A stretch of 53,429 nt of DNA from Actinomycetota bacterium. Lineage in GTDB: Bacteria; Actinomycetota; Actinomycetes; Actinomycetales; Microbacteriaceae. Of this stretch, positions 1 through 8,858 are shown one piece after another. Position numbers and translations under genes: made by a program. How positions within the stretch are numbered: the first letter of the stretch is position 1; each line of letters opens with the position of its first letter. Location of the stretch: assembly GCA_041184065.1 (NCBI GenBank), contig JBEGKM010000001.1, positions 1 through 53,429 of the forward strand, read 5' to 3'. A model generated the notes under the pieces. That model searched no databases, was not told the origin of the DNA, and worked only from the letters and a program-made list of their open reading frames with translations.

Positions 1-77
1 ACCACCGACACTCCATTGGCGTCATGCCCGGTGACAATACGACGAGGAACAGTGCCCTCTGGCATCTGATCAGTCAT
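1..77 (-). CDS. Cupin-domain protein, N-terminal part only (runs off window edge); FdeH-like
   Basis: Not in the ORF track. Manual translation from the ATG at 77, 2 nt after the monooxygenase stop, gives MTDQMPEGTVPRRIVTGHDANGVSV. RRIVTGHD is a typical N-terminal signature of a cupin-2 subfamily. Confidence 0.7.
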   Translation of the reverse strand, partial: MTDQMPEGTVPRRIVTGHDANGVSV

Positions 78-79
78 GA

Positions 80-1204
80 TTAGACAGGCATGGCTGCAAG
101 TTGCGCGAGAGACTTGCCCATCAACATGCCAGGGTTTGCACCCTCGGTCTCAGGGTGAATCTCCCAGTCGACCAGCTGCATTGATGCGTCAACCACAACG
201 GTCAAGCGCGGCATGCGACGTGCCTGATAGGCGGCCAAGATTTCTTCGATGTTGCCATCTTGAGTAACCATGTCGGCAAGAACCCAGGCGTCTTCTGAAC
301 ACTGTGCGCCACCCTGGGCAATAACCGGTGGGCAAGCGTGAACCGCGTCGCCAATTAGAACTACGCGACCCTGGTGCCAAGGCTGGTCGTTTACATACAA
401 CCACTCGATTTCTTGAAAGTTCATGTAGTCATCGTCAGAGATGTTCTCGCGAATGAAGTCGAACGGGCCGTGGTAGCCCTCCATCAGACGGCGCATTTCG
501 TCGGCATCGCTCAAGCCATTTTCTGGGCGCTGTGGCTTGGTTAGCACGTATGCGTAGCAAAGGTCTTTCGAAATTGGGGTGTAGCCGGCCTTGTACTCTG
601 GGCCACCGTGGAACACAGCCGAGACATCCATTTCTGGAGTGCGCTTGGTAACCACGCGCCAAATGCCAAGACCGGTTGGCTTCTTGTCGTGGGTAATGCC
701 CAACATCTTGCGGGTCTTTGACTTGATGCCGTCGCAGGCAACTACTAGGTCGAAGCTCTCGGTGGTGCCGTTGTTGAAGGTAACGTCAACGTGGTCTGGG
801 TGGTTCTCGAACGACTCCATCGAGGTGCCAAGGCGAACATCAACGCCAAGTTCGTGAATCATGTCGACTAGCACGGTTTGAATGTCTGAGCGAAGGGCTC
901 CCATGGTCGAGTTGAGGTCTTCGCCGCCGGTGTGAGCAACTTGCATCCGAGTCAACAGCTTTCCACTTGCATGGAACATGTCGAAGTCGTCGAAACCGTG
1001 GGCATTTTCAAGGATTCGGTCGAGAGCGCCGATGTTCTTGAACGAGCGAAGGGCGTTGCCCTGAAGGGTAATTCCGTGTCCAACGCCATACCAAACCGGA
1101 GAAATCTCCGCGAGGGTTACCTTTACGCCTTTTTGGGCCAAGGCTACGGCTGCGACGGTTCCGGTGATTCCGCCACCGACAACAAGAACGTTCTTAACTG
1201 ACAT
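80..1204 (-). CDS. Group A FAD-dependent aromatic monooxygenase (FdeE/flavonoid hydroxylase-like)
   Basis: 374 aa with GGGITG dinucleotide motif, DG motif (ACDGIKS), GD motif (LIGDAVH) and AQGG. Confidence 0.88.
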   Translation of the reverse strand: MSVKNVLVVGGGITGTVAAVALAQKGVKVTLAEISPVWYGVGHGITLQGNALRSFKNIGALDRILENAHGFDDFDMFHASGKLLTRMQVAHTGGEDLNSTMGALRSDIQTVLVDMIHELGVDVRLGTSMESFENHPDHVDVTFNNGTTESFDLVVACDGIKSKTRKMLGITHDKKPTGLGIWRVVTKRTPEMDVSAVFHGGPEYKAGYTPISKDLCYAYVLTKPQRPENGLSDADEMRRLMEGYHGPFDFIRENISDDDYMNFQEIEWLYVNDQPWHQGRVVLIGDAVHACPPVIAQGGAQCSEDAWVLADMVTQDGNIEEILAAYQARRMPRLTVVVDASMQLVDWEIHPETEGANPGMLMGKSLAQLAAMPV

Positions 1205-1279
1205 CTGCTCTGATCTCCAATTCGACTAGCGACATTGCTTAGTAAGCCAAAGTTAGTCGAAAAGGCGCAAAAGTTAGAA

Positions 1280-1316
1280 CTAAGGCGGGCGAATGAATGC
1301 CATTCGCCAAAGGCAT
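1280..1316 (-). promoter_or_regulatory. Putative LysR binding sites upstream of the monooxygenase
   Basis: Minus strand ATGC-N7-GAAT (T-N11-A, 1302-1316), a second ATTC-led site 22 bp downstream (1280-1294), and a TAACTT -10-like hexamer at 1250-1255. Confidence 0.55.
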
Positions 1317-1365
1317 ACTTGCCCTTCAGTCGATAGGCCTAAACCAGTGCTGAGGTCGAGAAGTC

Positions 1366-2271
1366 TCAGAGCTCGGGCGAGTTTTCGCCACCGAGAATTT
1401 TGCGCAACCACACGTGAGCGGGATCGGTGTTGTGCGAAGGGTGCCACCACAGGTTTTCGAAGATCTCGATGTGTCCAAATGGCGCCTCGACCCCAATTGT
1501 GTTGGTGCTCTTTGACATTCGAGCGGCCAGCCTCGATGGCACAATTCCAACCAGATCGGTGCCTTCAATGATTGAAGCCATTGGCATGAAAGTTGTGGTC
1601 TTAACGTGCGCCTTGCGCTGAAAGCCAAGTTCGCCGAGTCTGCGGTCGGCCGGGGTTAGGTGGGCCTGACCAAAGTCGACCATGGCTTGAGGTAGGGCTT
1701 TGAAGGCCTCCCAGCTCAACTTGCCATCTTTCAAGGCCGGGTTGTTTTTATCGATCATGCAAACGTAGTGGTCTACGAATAAGTGGATTCTGTCGCCCTC
1801 TACACCGATACCCGGCACAATAACCACGAAGTCGTTGTTCACTAGGTCTCGACCGGCGTCAGTTGGCTCGGCGGGTAAAGGCAAAATATCTATGGTGATG
1901 TGCGGCGCTTCGTTCATTGCCTGAGACAAACGCGGGCGCAACTCGATGGCAGCGTAGTCAGACATCAAAAGGGTGTAGTGCCGGGTTGAGGTTGCCGGGT
2001 CGAAGGCCTCTTGGCTCATCAAGGCATTTTCGATTAGTGGCAAAGTTAGTTGCAACTGAGGAAGCAAAAGTCGGGCAAGTGGCGTTAGCTCGTAATCGCG
2101 ACCCACTCGAACCAAAAGCTCGTCGTTAAATTGCAGGCGCAAGCGACTGAGTGCAGAACTCATTGACGATTGACCCATCGAAATGCGCTCGCCTGCTCGG
2201 GTCACATTCGCCTCTTCAAGCAGCGCGCGCAAAGCGACCAAGAGGTTAAGGTCTTTGCCTGCGAAAGTCAT
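1366..2271 (-). CDS. LysR-family regulator, NodD/FdeR-like
   Basis: DLNLLVALRALLEEANVTRAG HTH, QSSMSSALSRLR and C-terminal WHP..TDPAHVWLR. ATG at 2271 chosen because GGAG lies 6 nt upstream; the track start is 2316. Confidence 0.92.
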   Translation of the reverse strand: MTFAGKDLNLLVALRALLEEANVTRAGERISMGQSSMSSALSRLRLQFNDELLVRVGRDYELTPLARLLLPQLQLTLPLIENALMSQEAFDPATSTRHYTLLMSDYAAIELRPRLSQAMNEAPHITIDILPLPAEPTDAGRDLVNNDFVVIVPGIGVEGDRIHLFVDHYVCMIDKNNPALKDGKLSWEAFKALPQAMVDFGQAHLTPADRRLGELGFQRKAHVKTTTFMPMASIIEGTDLVGIVPSRLAARMSKSTNTIGVEAPFGHIEIFENLWWHPSHNTDPAHVWLRKILGGENSPEL

Positions 2272-2311
2272 GGGCTGCTCCGATGGTGTTGAAACGCGCT
2301 CGCCGTGAAGG

Positions 2312-2348
2312 TTCACCGTTTGAGATAGATACTATTCGACGGAATGCT
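2312..2348 (+). promoter_or_regulatory. Putative LysR binding sites upstream of the dioxygenase
   Basis: TTCA-N7-AGAT (T-N11-A, 2312-2326), ATTC-led site 22 bp later (2334), TAATCT at 2373-2378; lies in the divergent LysR/dioxygenase gap. Confidence 0.5.
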
Positions 2349-2422
2349 GAGTAAAAAAGTTTCGCCTTCGTCTAATCTGAACTAACCAAAGCCAGCATTG
2401 GCACTTTTTTAGGAGATCAACG

Positions 2423-3361
2423 ATGACTCGACGCCTGATTACTCACCTGCGTTACGGCGCATTGGCTATGCCTAACTTTGAAGAAGAACTTGCCTTCATG
2501 ACTCAACACTGGGGTCTGGCACAGGTGCATCGCGAGGGTGACGTTGCCTGGCTTGGCGCCGAGGGAACCCCAGAGCCATTTGTAGTTCGACTTCGCAAAG
2601 GCGAAAAGCGCATCGACCTAGTAGCATTTGGCGCGGCTAACCGTGACGACGTAAATGAGCTTCACTCGCGTCTAGTCGCAAACGGTGTTCAGATCATCCA
2701 TGGCCCACAAGAACTAACCCAGTTTGGTGGCGGCTATGGCATGCGATTCTTCGATAACGAAGGTCGCACAGTTGAGGTTTCGACCGAGGTCGAGCTCAAG
2801 GGGAGCCGCAAGATTCAAGAGCGCGAGGCTATTCCGGTAAAGCTTTCACACTTTGTGGTTAACACCACCGACCTAGCCGGCACCGCCGAATGGTACGTAA
2901 AGAACCTCGACTTCGCGCTTAGCGACAGCCTTTACAGCGACCACATGGGTGACATGATGCACTTCTTGCGCTGCAACAGCGCCCACCACTCTTTTGCTAT
3001 TGCCACCGGCCCACACGCTTCACTGCACCACATCTCGTTTGAGATGCGTGGAGTCGAGGAATGGATGCGAGGAACCGGAAAGATTCTTCGCGCCGGTGCC
3101 CGCATGGTTTGGGGCCCAGGTCGCCACAACGCCGGCGACAACACCTTTGCCTACTTCCTTGACCCAGCGGGCAACACCATCGAGTACACCACCGAGCTTG
3201 GCACCATCGAAGACGAAGACAACTGGCACCCAAGCAAGTTCAACATCGGTGAGCTTTCGACTCAAGACCAGTGGGGAACCGCTCAGCCAATGAGCGAACT
3301 AATCGCCCGCGAATCTTTCAACGACAAAGACCTCGGCCTATTCGTCGCACCTCCGGTTTAA
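2423..3361 (+). CDS. VOC-family extradiol ring-cleavage dioxygenase (FdeC-like)
   Basis: Two VOC domains with metal ligands in LSHFV, LHHISF and IEY, plus WGPGRH and YFLDPAGN motifs; AGGAG RBS. Confidence 0.9.
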   Translation: MTRRLITHLRYGALAMPNFEEELAFMTQHWGLAQVHREGDVAWLGAEGTPEPFVVRLRKGEKRIDLVAFGAANRDDVNELHSRLVANGVQIIHGPQELTQFGGGYGMRFFDNEGRTVEVSTEVELKGSRKIQEREAIPVKLSHFVVNTTDLAGTAEWYVKNLDFALSDSLYSDHMGDMMHFLRCNSAHHSFAIATGPHASLHHISFEMRGVEEWMRGTGKILRAGARMVWGPGRHNAGDNTFAYFLDPAGNTIEYTTELGTIEDEDNWHPSKFNIGELSTQDQWGTAQPMSELIARESFNDKDLGLFVAPPV

Positions 3362-3414
3362 TCTCACCGGCCAGCGTCTGCTGGACTGCATGAATAACTC
3401 AAAGGAGAGTTGAA

Positions 3415-4179
3415 GTGGGTCGTCTCGACAACAAGGTTGCGTTGATCACCGGTATTGGTGGCGGAATGGGCCGGCAGGCGGCACTTACCTTTTCTCGCGA
3501 AGGCGCAAAAATCATTGGTTGCGACCTATTTGAAGAGGGAGCCAACGAAACCGTTCGATTGGTGCGTGAAGCTGGTGGCGAAATCGTGAACTTTGCGCCG
3601 GTTGATTTGTCGAATGCGACTGCCACGGCCAAGTGGGTTGAAGACGCGATTGCGGTTCACGGCAAGGCCGACATTCTTTACAACAACGCCTCCACGCCTA
3701 AGTTTGGCGACATTCAAGATCTTTCGATCGAGGATTGGGATTTTGTCATCAACAACGAACTCAATCTTGTGTTTTATGCGGTGAAGGCCATTTGGCCACA
3801 CTTTATGAAGCACGGCGGTGTGGTTCTGAACATCGGTTCGATTGCGGGCACCAGAGGCGTTGAATTTATGAGTCAAAACGCACACGGCACGGCAAAGGGT
3901 GGCGTGATTTCGTTGACCCAGCAGCTGGCAGCCGAAGGCGCAAAGTATGGCATTCGAGCAGTCTGTGTAAGCCCGGGCTTTATTGTTACCCCATCAACTG
4001 CCTGGTTGGTCGAATCTGGCCCCGAGCCATTCAAAAAGAACATCGCTCGCATTCCACTGGGTCGAGTTGGTCAGCCAGACGACATTGTGAACGCGGCACT
4101 ATTTTTGGCTTCGGATGAAGCTTCTTGGATCACAGGCATCAACCTGGTTGTAGACGGTGGAGGAACGGTTCTCGGATGA
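3415..4179 (+). CDS. Short-chain dehydrogenase/reductase
   Basis: TGIGGGMG, YNNA and VDGG motifs; the YxxxK catalytic motif reads HGTAK. Confidence 0.92.
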   Translation: MGRLDNKVALITGIGGGMGRQAALTFSREGAKIIGCDLFEEGANETVRLVREAGGEIVNFAPVDLSNATATAKWVEDAIAVHGKADILYNNASTPKFGDIQDLSIEDWDFVINNELNLVFYAVKAIWPHFMKHGGVVLNIGSIAGTRGVEFMSQNAHGTAKGGVISLTQQLAAEGAKYGIRAVCVSPGFIVTPSTAWLVESGPEPFKKNIARIPLGRVGQPDDIVNAALFLASDEASWITGINLVVDGGGTVLG

Positions 4180-5561
4180 GCGTGTTCGACGGTTCATTTT
4201 GGCTCAAAGGTGACGAAGGTTTTGAAGAGGCTGCGGTTGGTCGAGTTTTCAACGGCCGTCGCCCTTCGCCGGCCGAGCGTCGCCCCGAGGCCGTGCTGTT
4301 TGCCCAGTCTGACGAAGATCTGATCAAGGCGGTCAAGTTGGCGAAGACGAACGGTTGGTCGCTCGCCATGCGAAGTGGCGGTCACTCATGGGCAGCCTGG
4401 AGTGTGCAAAACGGCACTCTGCTTATCGACATGTCTAGGCTTCAAGATGCAACCTATGACGAGGCAACTGGCATCGCTTCTGCTCGACCTGCCATCAAGG
4501 GTGGCGAGGTTCTCGACCCATTCCTTGAAAAGCACGGTCGCTATTTCAATGGTGGCCACTGCCCAACTGTCGCCATCGGTGGCTTTTTGCTTCAGGGCGG
4601 CCAGGGGTATTGCGCAAGAGGCATGGGTTGGGCCGCTGAGTTTGTCGTTGCGGTTGACGTGCTCACAGCCGAGGGCGAAATCGTTCGTTGCGATGCAAAC
4701 CAGAACCAGGATTTGTATTGGGCCGCACGTGGCGCCGGGCCATCGTTTCCGGGCCTTGTTACGCGCTTTCACCTGCAGACCAAGCCTCGCTATAAGGCCC
4801 CGCACGAAACCGTGCAGATTTTTGAAGTCGATGACTTCAAAGAGTTAATGCAATGGATCTATCAGGTGCACAACGAGTTGGCACCGACGGTTGAATTGGT
4901 CGTGGTTAGCAACTGCCCAATTGATGAAAACGGCAAGCCCGGAAAACGAATTGTTGTGGTCGATGCGTTGGCTTTGGTTGACTCGAAGGAAGAAGCCGAA
5001 ATCGCTCTCGCGCCGATGCGCAAGAATCCGTTGTTGCACAAAGCCTTGGTCAACATCGATTGTGGCGTGACCACTATGGCAGAGCGCAAACGTCAGCAGG
5101 TAGAAGCCAACCCAGAAGGCATGCGCTACTTTGTTGACAACATCTGGGTTGATGGCGACACCGAAGAAATCATCGACGGAATTGCGCCACTGTTCACCGA
5201 TTTGCCCGAGCCTCGGGGCTTCACAATTTGGTTCAGCATGGGTCCTATTCGCGAACTGCCCGACATGGCCTTCAGCATGCAAAGCCCAGGCTATGTTGCG
5301 ACCTACTTGGTTAGCGAAGATGCCTCGCGCGATGCCGAAAACCGTGCCTGGTTGAACGGCGCCATGGCCGGAGCGCAGTCGGTGACCGTTGGTCAATATC
5401 TTGGCGACAGCGACATGACTAACCGTCAGGTCAAGGTCATGGCCGACGAAAACTTTGCAAGACTACAAAAGGTCATCGCTGATCGCGATCCAGAGAACCG
5501 TTTCGTTCGGTATCTGGCCAAAGACCCATCCACCGTTAACAAGAACCACTGGCAAATCTAG
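4176..5561 (+). CDS. FAD-linked oxidase, berberine-bridge-enzyme/VAO-PCMH family
   Basis: RSGGHS, GHCPTVAIGG, DLYWAARGAG and C-terminal DPENRF. Start moved to the ATG at 4176 (ATGA overlap with SDR stop); the track start is 4125. Confidence 0.88.
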   Translation: MSVFDGSFWLKGDEGFEEAAVGRVFNGRRPSPAERRPEAVLFAQSDEDLIKAVKLAKTNGWSLAMRSGGHSWAAWSVQNGTLLIDMSRLQDATYDEATGIASARPAIKGGEVLDPFLEKHGRYFNGGHCPTVAIGGFLLQGGQGYCARGMGWAAEFVVAVDVLTAEGEIVRCDANQNQDLYWAARGAGPSFPGLVTRFHLQTKPRYKAPHETVQIFEVDDFKELMQWIYQVHNELAPTVELVVVSNCPIDENGKPGKRIVVVDALALVDSKEEAEIALAPMRKNPLLHKALVNIDCGVTTMAERKRQQVEANPEGMRYFVDNIWVDGDTEEIIDGIAPLFTDLPEPRGFTIWFSMGPIRELPDMAFSMQSPGYVATYLVSEDASRDAENRAWLNGAMAGAQSVTVGQYLGDSDMTNRQVKVMADENFARLQKVIADRDPENRFVRYLAKDPSTVNKNHWQI

Positions 5562-5569
5562 GAGTCATT

Positions 5570-6058
5570 ATGCGAATTCACATGGGCGCAAACTACGAAG
5601 GCTATGCACTTGGTCGCGAGCTAGAAACTTGGATCAAAGGCCTCGGTCACGAAGTGGTTTGGCACGGCGCCGACGAGTATGACTTTGAAGACGACTATCC
5701 GCTGTTCGCATTCCGCATCGGCCAGGCGGTCATTGCCGATGAAGACGCAGCACTAGAAGTGCGCGGAATTTTGGTTGGCGGCGTAGGTGGCGGCGAAACC
5801 ATAGCAACAAACAAGGTGCCAGGCGCACGTGCGGTCTTCGGTCACTCAGTCGATTTCGTCACCAAGTCGCGTGAACATGCAAACGCGAGCATCCTGGTTG
5901 TTGGCGCATTGAACACGGCGGCTGACGAGGCCAAGGCGATGATTCAGGCAATCATCGATGCAAAATTCACCAATGTTCTTGATGACGCCAGACGCATTGT
6001 TAACACCAACGAATACGAGGCCTCGAAAACCATCGAAGGTTGGATGATCACGGGCTAG
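5570..6058 (+). CDS. Divergent RpiB/LacAB-family isomerase
   Basis: DDYP, GGVGGGE, NKVPGARA and REHANA match actinobacterial RpiB, but several phosphate-binding residues appear substituted. Confidence 0.82.
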   Translation: MRIHMGANYEGYALGRELETWIKGLGHEVVWHGADEYDFEDDYPLFAFRIGQAVIADEDAALEVRGILVGGVGGGETIATNKVPGARAVFGHSVDFVTKSREHANASILVVGALNTAADEAKAMIQAIIDAKFTNVLDDARRIVNTNEYEASKTIEGWMITG

Positions 6059-6062
6059 CCCA

Positions 6063-6102
6063 AACATAGCGGCGGCCTATGTTAGCCATAGCGTCGCGTG
6101 AG
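6063..6102 (+). promoter_or_regulatory. Putative LysR binding sites upstream of the ABM-FAH-ALDH operon
   Basis: Perfect dyad AACATAG-N7-CTATGTT (6063-6083, T-N11-A core); CATAGCG is repeated 22 bp downstream. Confidence 0.62.
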
Positions 6103-6175
6103 ATATAAAAACGTTTCAAAACTGATTCACTAAGAATCAGAAATCGCCAAAGGCGGCGAACCGAAAGGAAACATC

Positions 6176-6469
6176 ATGGCATTTGTATGCAGCGCAACCT
6201 GGGTTGCCAAAGAAGGCAGCGCTCACCTGGTTGCAGAGGCTCTGGGGCACCTGTCACCAGCTTCACGCACCGAGGAGGGCAACATCTACTACCAGGCTTA
6301 CCAAGACCCAGCCGAGCCAAACACCTTCCGCATCTTCGAGGTCTACACCGACGAGGCCGCTTTTAAGGCACACGCCGAGTATGAGCACTTCAAGCAGTGG
6401 GCGTTGGGTCAGGCTATTCCTGCTCTAGAGGTTCGCCAGCGCGACTTCTACGAGACTCTCGACTTCTAA
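6176..6469 (+). CDS. Antibiotic biosynthesis monooxygenase (ABM)/putative quinol monooxygenase
   Basis: 97 aa with SRTEEGNIYY and FRIFEVYTDEAAFKAH, a YgiN/LsrG-like pattern. Confidence 0.88.
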   Translation: MAFVCSATWVAKEGSAHLVAEALGHLSPASRTEEGNIYYQAYQDPAEPNTFRIFEVYTDEAAFKAHAEYEHFKQWALGQAIPALEVRQRDFYETLDF

Positions 6470-6477
6470 GGCCTGCC

Positions 6478-7440
6478 ATGAAAATCGCTCGCTACCTTCA
6501 CAACGGATTTGCTCACGTAGGTGTGGTCAACGACCACGGTCGTTTGCTTAACCTGCCGACTCGCTTGTCGGTGCTCGAGGTTTTGGCTTTGCCAATTCGT
6601 GAGCGCAACCTGATTGAAGCTCAGGCTGGGCGATTGTTTAACACCAGCATCGACAAGGTGCACTTCTTGCCTCCGGTTGAGCCACGTGCAATGCGCGACT
6701 TTGTTGCCTTCGAGGCCCACATCGCCGGCATGAAGAAATCCGAGGGCGGCACCGGCAAAATTCCCCAGGCTTGGTATGACGTGCCCGTGTTCATCTTCAT
6801 GAACCCTTGGTCACTGCTAGACCCAAACGCCGATGTGCCAATGCCTCCACACACCAAGGCCCTCGACTTTGAGCTTGAGGTGGCAGCAATTGTTCTAAAG
6901 CCAGCTCGCGATGTTTCGCTCGAGAACGCCGGTGAGTTCATAGCCGGTTACACGCTGTTCAACGACTGGTCGGCGCGCGATATTCAGCGCCACGAAATGT
7001 CGGTAGGTCTTGGTCCGTCAAAGGGCAAAGACTTTGGCAACACCATGGGCCCATGGATCACCACTCCAGATGAGTTGGCCAAACATCGCAAGGATGACCG
7101 ACTTGACCTAGAGATGACGGTTTCGATCAACGGTGTCGAAATTGGTCGAGACTCGACCAAGAATATGTCTTGGAACTTCGAAGAACTTTTGGTTCACGCC
7201 TCGCGTGATGCGATGGTTGGCCCAGGTGATGTTTTGGCCTCTGGCACTTGCAGTGGCGGTGCGCTTTCAGAAAAGTGGAGCCGCTCGGGAACTCAAAACC
7301 CGCCACCGCTTCAGGTTGGTGACGTGGTCGAAATGACTGTGACTGGCTTGGGCACGATTCGAAACCGTATTGTAGAAACCAAGAGCCCGGGCCACATGGC
7401 GCCGCCGGCTAAACGCACCTACAGCGAGGACATGCTTTGA
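6478..7440 (+). CDS. Fumarylacetoacetate hydrolase family protein (FdeI-like)
   Basis: LDFELEVA, NDWSARDIQ, KGKDF and GDVLASGT. Start moved to ATG 6478 to avoid overlap with the ABM gene. Confidence 0.92.
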   Translation: MKIARYLHNGFAHVGVVNDHGRLLNLPTRLSVLEVLALPIRERNLIEAQAGRLFNTSIDKVHFLPPVEPRAMRDFVAFEAHIAGMKKSEGGTGKIPQAWYDVPVFIFMNPWSLLDPNADVPMPPHTKALDFELEVAAIVLKPARDVSLENAGEFIAGYTLFNDWSARDIQRHEMSVGLGPSKGKDFGNTMGPWITTPDELAKHRKDDRLDLEMTVSINGVEIGRDSTKNMSWNFEELLVHASRDAMVGPGDVLASGTCSGGALSEKWSRSGTQNPPPLQVGDVVEMTVTGLGTIRNRIVETKSPGHMAPPAKRTYSEDML

Positions 7441-8825
7441 GCAAAGTAGTTTCAACTTTTAACCCTGCAACTGATGAAAAGCTCGCTGAATACGAAGCTT
7501 TAGACCAGGCAGGTCTTGAGTCTGCCCTTGCTTCTGCCGACGCAGCGCAAAAAACCTGGCGCACCACCGATTTAAAGCACCGAGCTCAGTTGCTTCGCAA
7601 CCTGGCGACGATTTTGCGCGACGAGGTCGAGGCTCACGCAACCCTAATCAGCAACGAGATGGGCAAGCCAATCACCGAAGCTCGTGGCGAGGTCTTGAAG
7701 TGTGCGCTCACTTGCGATTACTACGCAGACCACGTTGAAGAGTACCTAGCTCCAAAGCCGGTCAAGACCGAGGCCGTTACCTCTTATGTTGCCTATGAGC
7801 CAATCGGTGTGGTTTTGGCAGTAATGCCTTGGAACTTTCCTTACTGGCAGGTCATTCGATTTGCCGCCCCAACTTTGGCAGCGGGTAACGGTGGTCTGCT
7901 CAAGCACGCCTCAAACGTCACCGGCTCTGCTGTTGCTATTCAAGATGCAATCGAACGCGCGGGATTTCCGAAGCACCTGTTCACCACCCTGGTGATTGCT
8001 GATCACTCGATGGTCAACGAGATTATTGCCGACAACCGCGTGGCAGCGGTAACCCTAACCGGTTCAGAGGGCGCCGGTGCTTCGGTGGCCGAGGCAGCTG
8101 GTCGCGCACTAAAGAAGACCGTTTTGGAACTGGGCGGTTCAGACCCATTTGTTATTTTGGGTGACGCCGACGTGAAGGCGGTCACGCCGTTTGCTGTCAA
8201 AGCCCGATTCATCAACACTGGCCAAAGTTGCCTTTGTGCCAAGCGTTTTGTGGTCGACGCCAAGGTAATTGCCGAGTTTGAAGCAGGGCTAAAGACTCAG
8301 GTTGAGGCTCTCAAAATTGGCAGCCCACTAGATTCAGCAACTCAGATTGGGCCTCTTGCTAAGAAGTCGTTCGTAGATGACATTGACAAGCAGGTGCAAG
8401 ATTCGATCGCCATGGGTGCTCGTTTGGTTACCGGTGGCTACCGCATCGAAGGCCCAGGCAACTTCTATGCACCAACGGTTCTTGCCGATGTGACTCCTGA
8501 CATGCCTTGCTTTAACCAAGAGACCTTTGGGCCGGTTTTGGCTTTGGCCAAGGCCGAGAACACCGAGGATGCAATTCGCTTGGCTGATCTATCGCAGTAT
8601 GGCCTGGCAGCGAGCATCTGGACATCAGACATGAACGCCGGAATCGAGCTTGGCAAGGGAATTAACTCGGGTGCCTTGTTCGTAAACGGAGTAGTAGCCT
8701 CTGACCCTCGTTTGCCTTTTGGTGGCGTGAAGCTAAGTGGTTATGGTCGCGAGCTATCGATTGAGGGCATGCACGAGTTCACCAACGTTCGTGCCATTTG
8801 GGCAGGAGCAATGCCGCGCTCATAA
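7437..8825 (+). CDS. NAD(P)-dependent aldehyde dehydrogenase (succinate-semialdehyde dehydrogenase-like)
   Basis: MPWNFP, LELGGSDP, GQSCLC, ETFGP and PFGGVK; 4-bp overlap with the FAH stop. Confidence 0.92.
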   Translation: MSKVVSTFNPATDEKLAEYEALDQAGLESALASADAAQKTWRTTDLKHRAQLLRNLATILRDEVEAHATLISNEMGKPITEARGEVLKCALTCDYYADHVEEYLAPKPVKTEAVTSYVAYEPIGVVLAVMPWNFPYWQVIRFAAPTLAAGNGGLLKHASNVTGSAVAIQDAIERAGFPKHLFTTLVIADHSMVNEIIADNRVAAVTLTGSEGAGASVAEAAGRALKKTVLELGGSDPFVILGDADVKAVTPFAVKARFINTGQSCLCAKRFVVDAKVIAEFEAGLKTQVEALKIGSPLDSATQIGPLAKKSFVDDIDKQVQDSIAMGARLVTGGYRIEGPGNFYAPTVLADVTPDMPCFNQETFGPVLALAKAENTEDAIRLADLSQYGLAASIWTSDMNAGIELGKGINSGALFVNGVVASDPRLPFGGVKLSGYGRELSIEGMHEFTNVRAIWAGAMPRS

Positions 8826-8858
8826 CCGAGCGGGCATTGTGCCTACTATTGATGCAAC

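Noticed and set aside
6063-6083. Dyad read as an intrinsic terminator for the rpiB-like gene
   Set aside because: AT-rich 7-bp arms with no U-tract; T-N11-A geometry and the 22-bp repeat fit a LysR site better, though a dual role is not excluded.
6105-6120. LacI-like sequence AAAAACGTTTCAAA resembling the rha operator
   Set aside because: Only one half-site matches, which is too weak to claim cross-regulation without a motif scan.
2423-8825. Secondary-metabolite biosynthetic cluster (ABM, BBE-like oxidase, nearby P450)
   Set aside because: No scaffold-forming PKS, NRPS, terpene or RiPP gene; the dioxygenase, FAH, importers and glycosidases point to catabolism.
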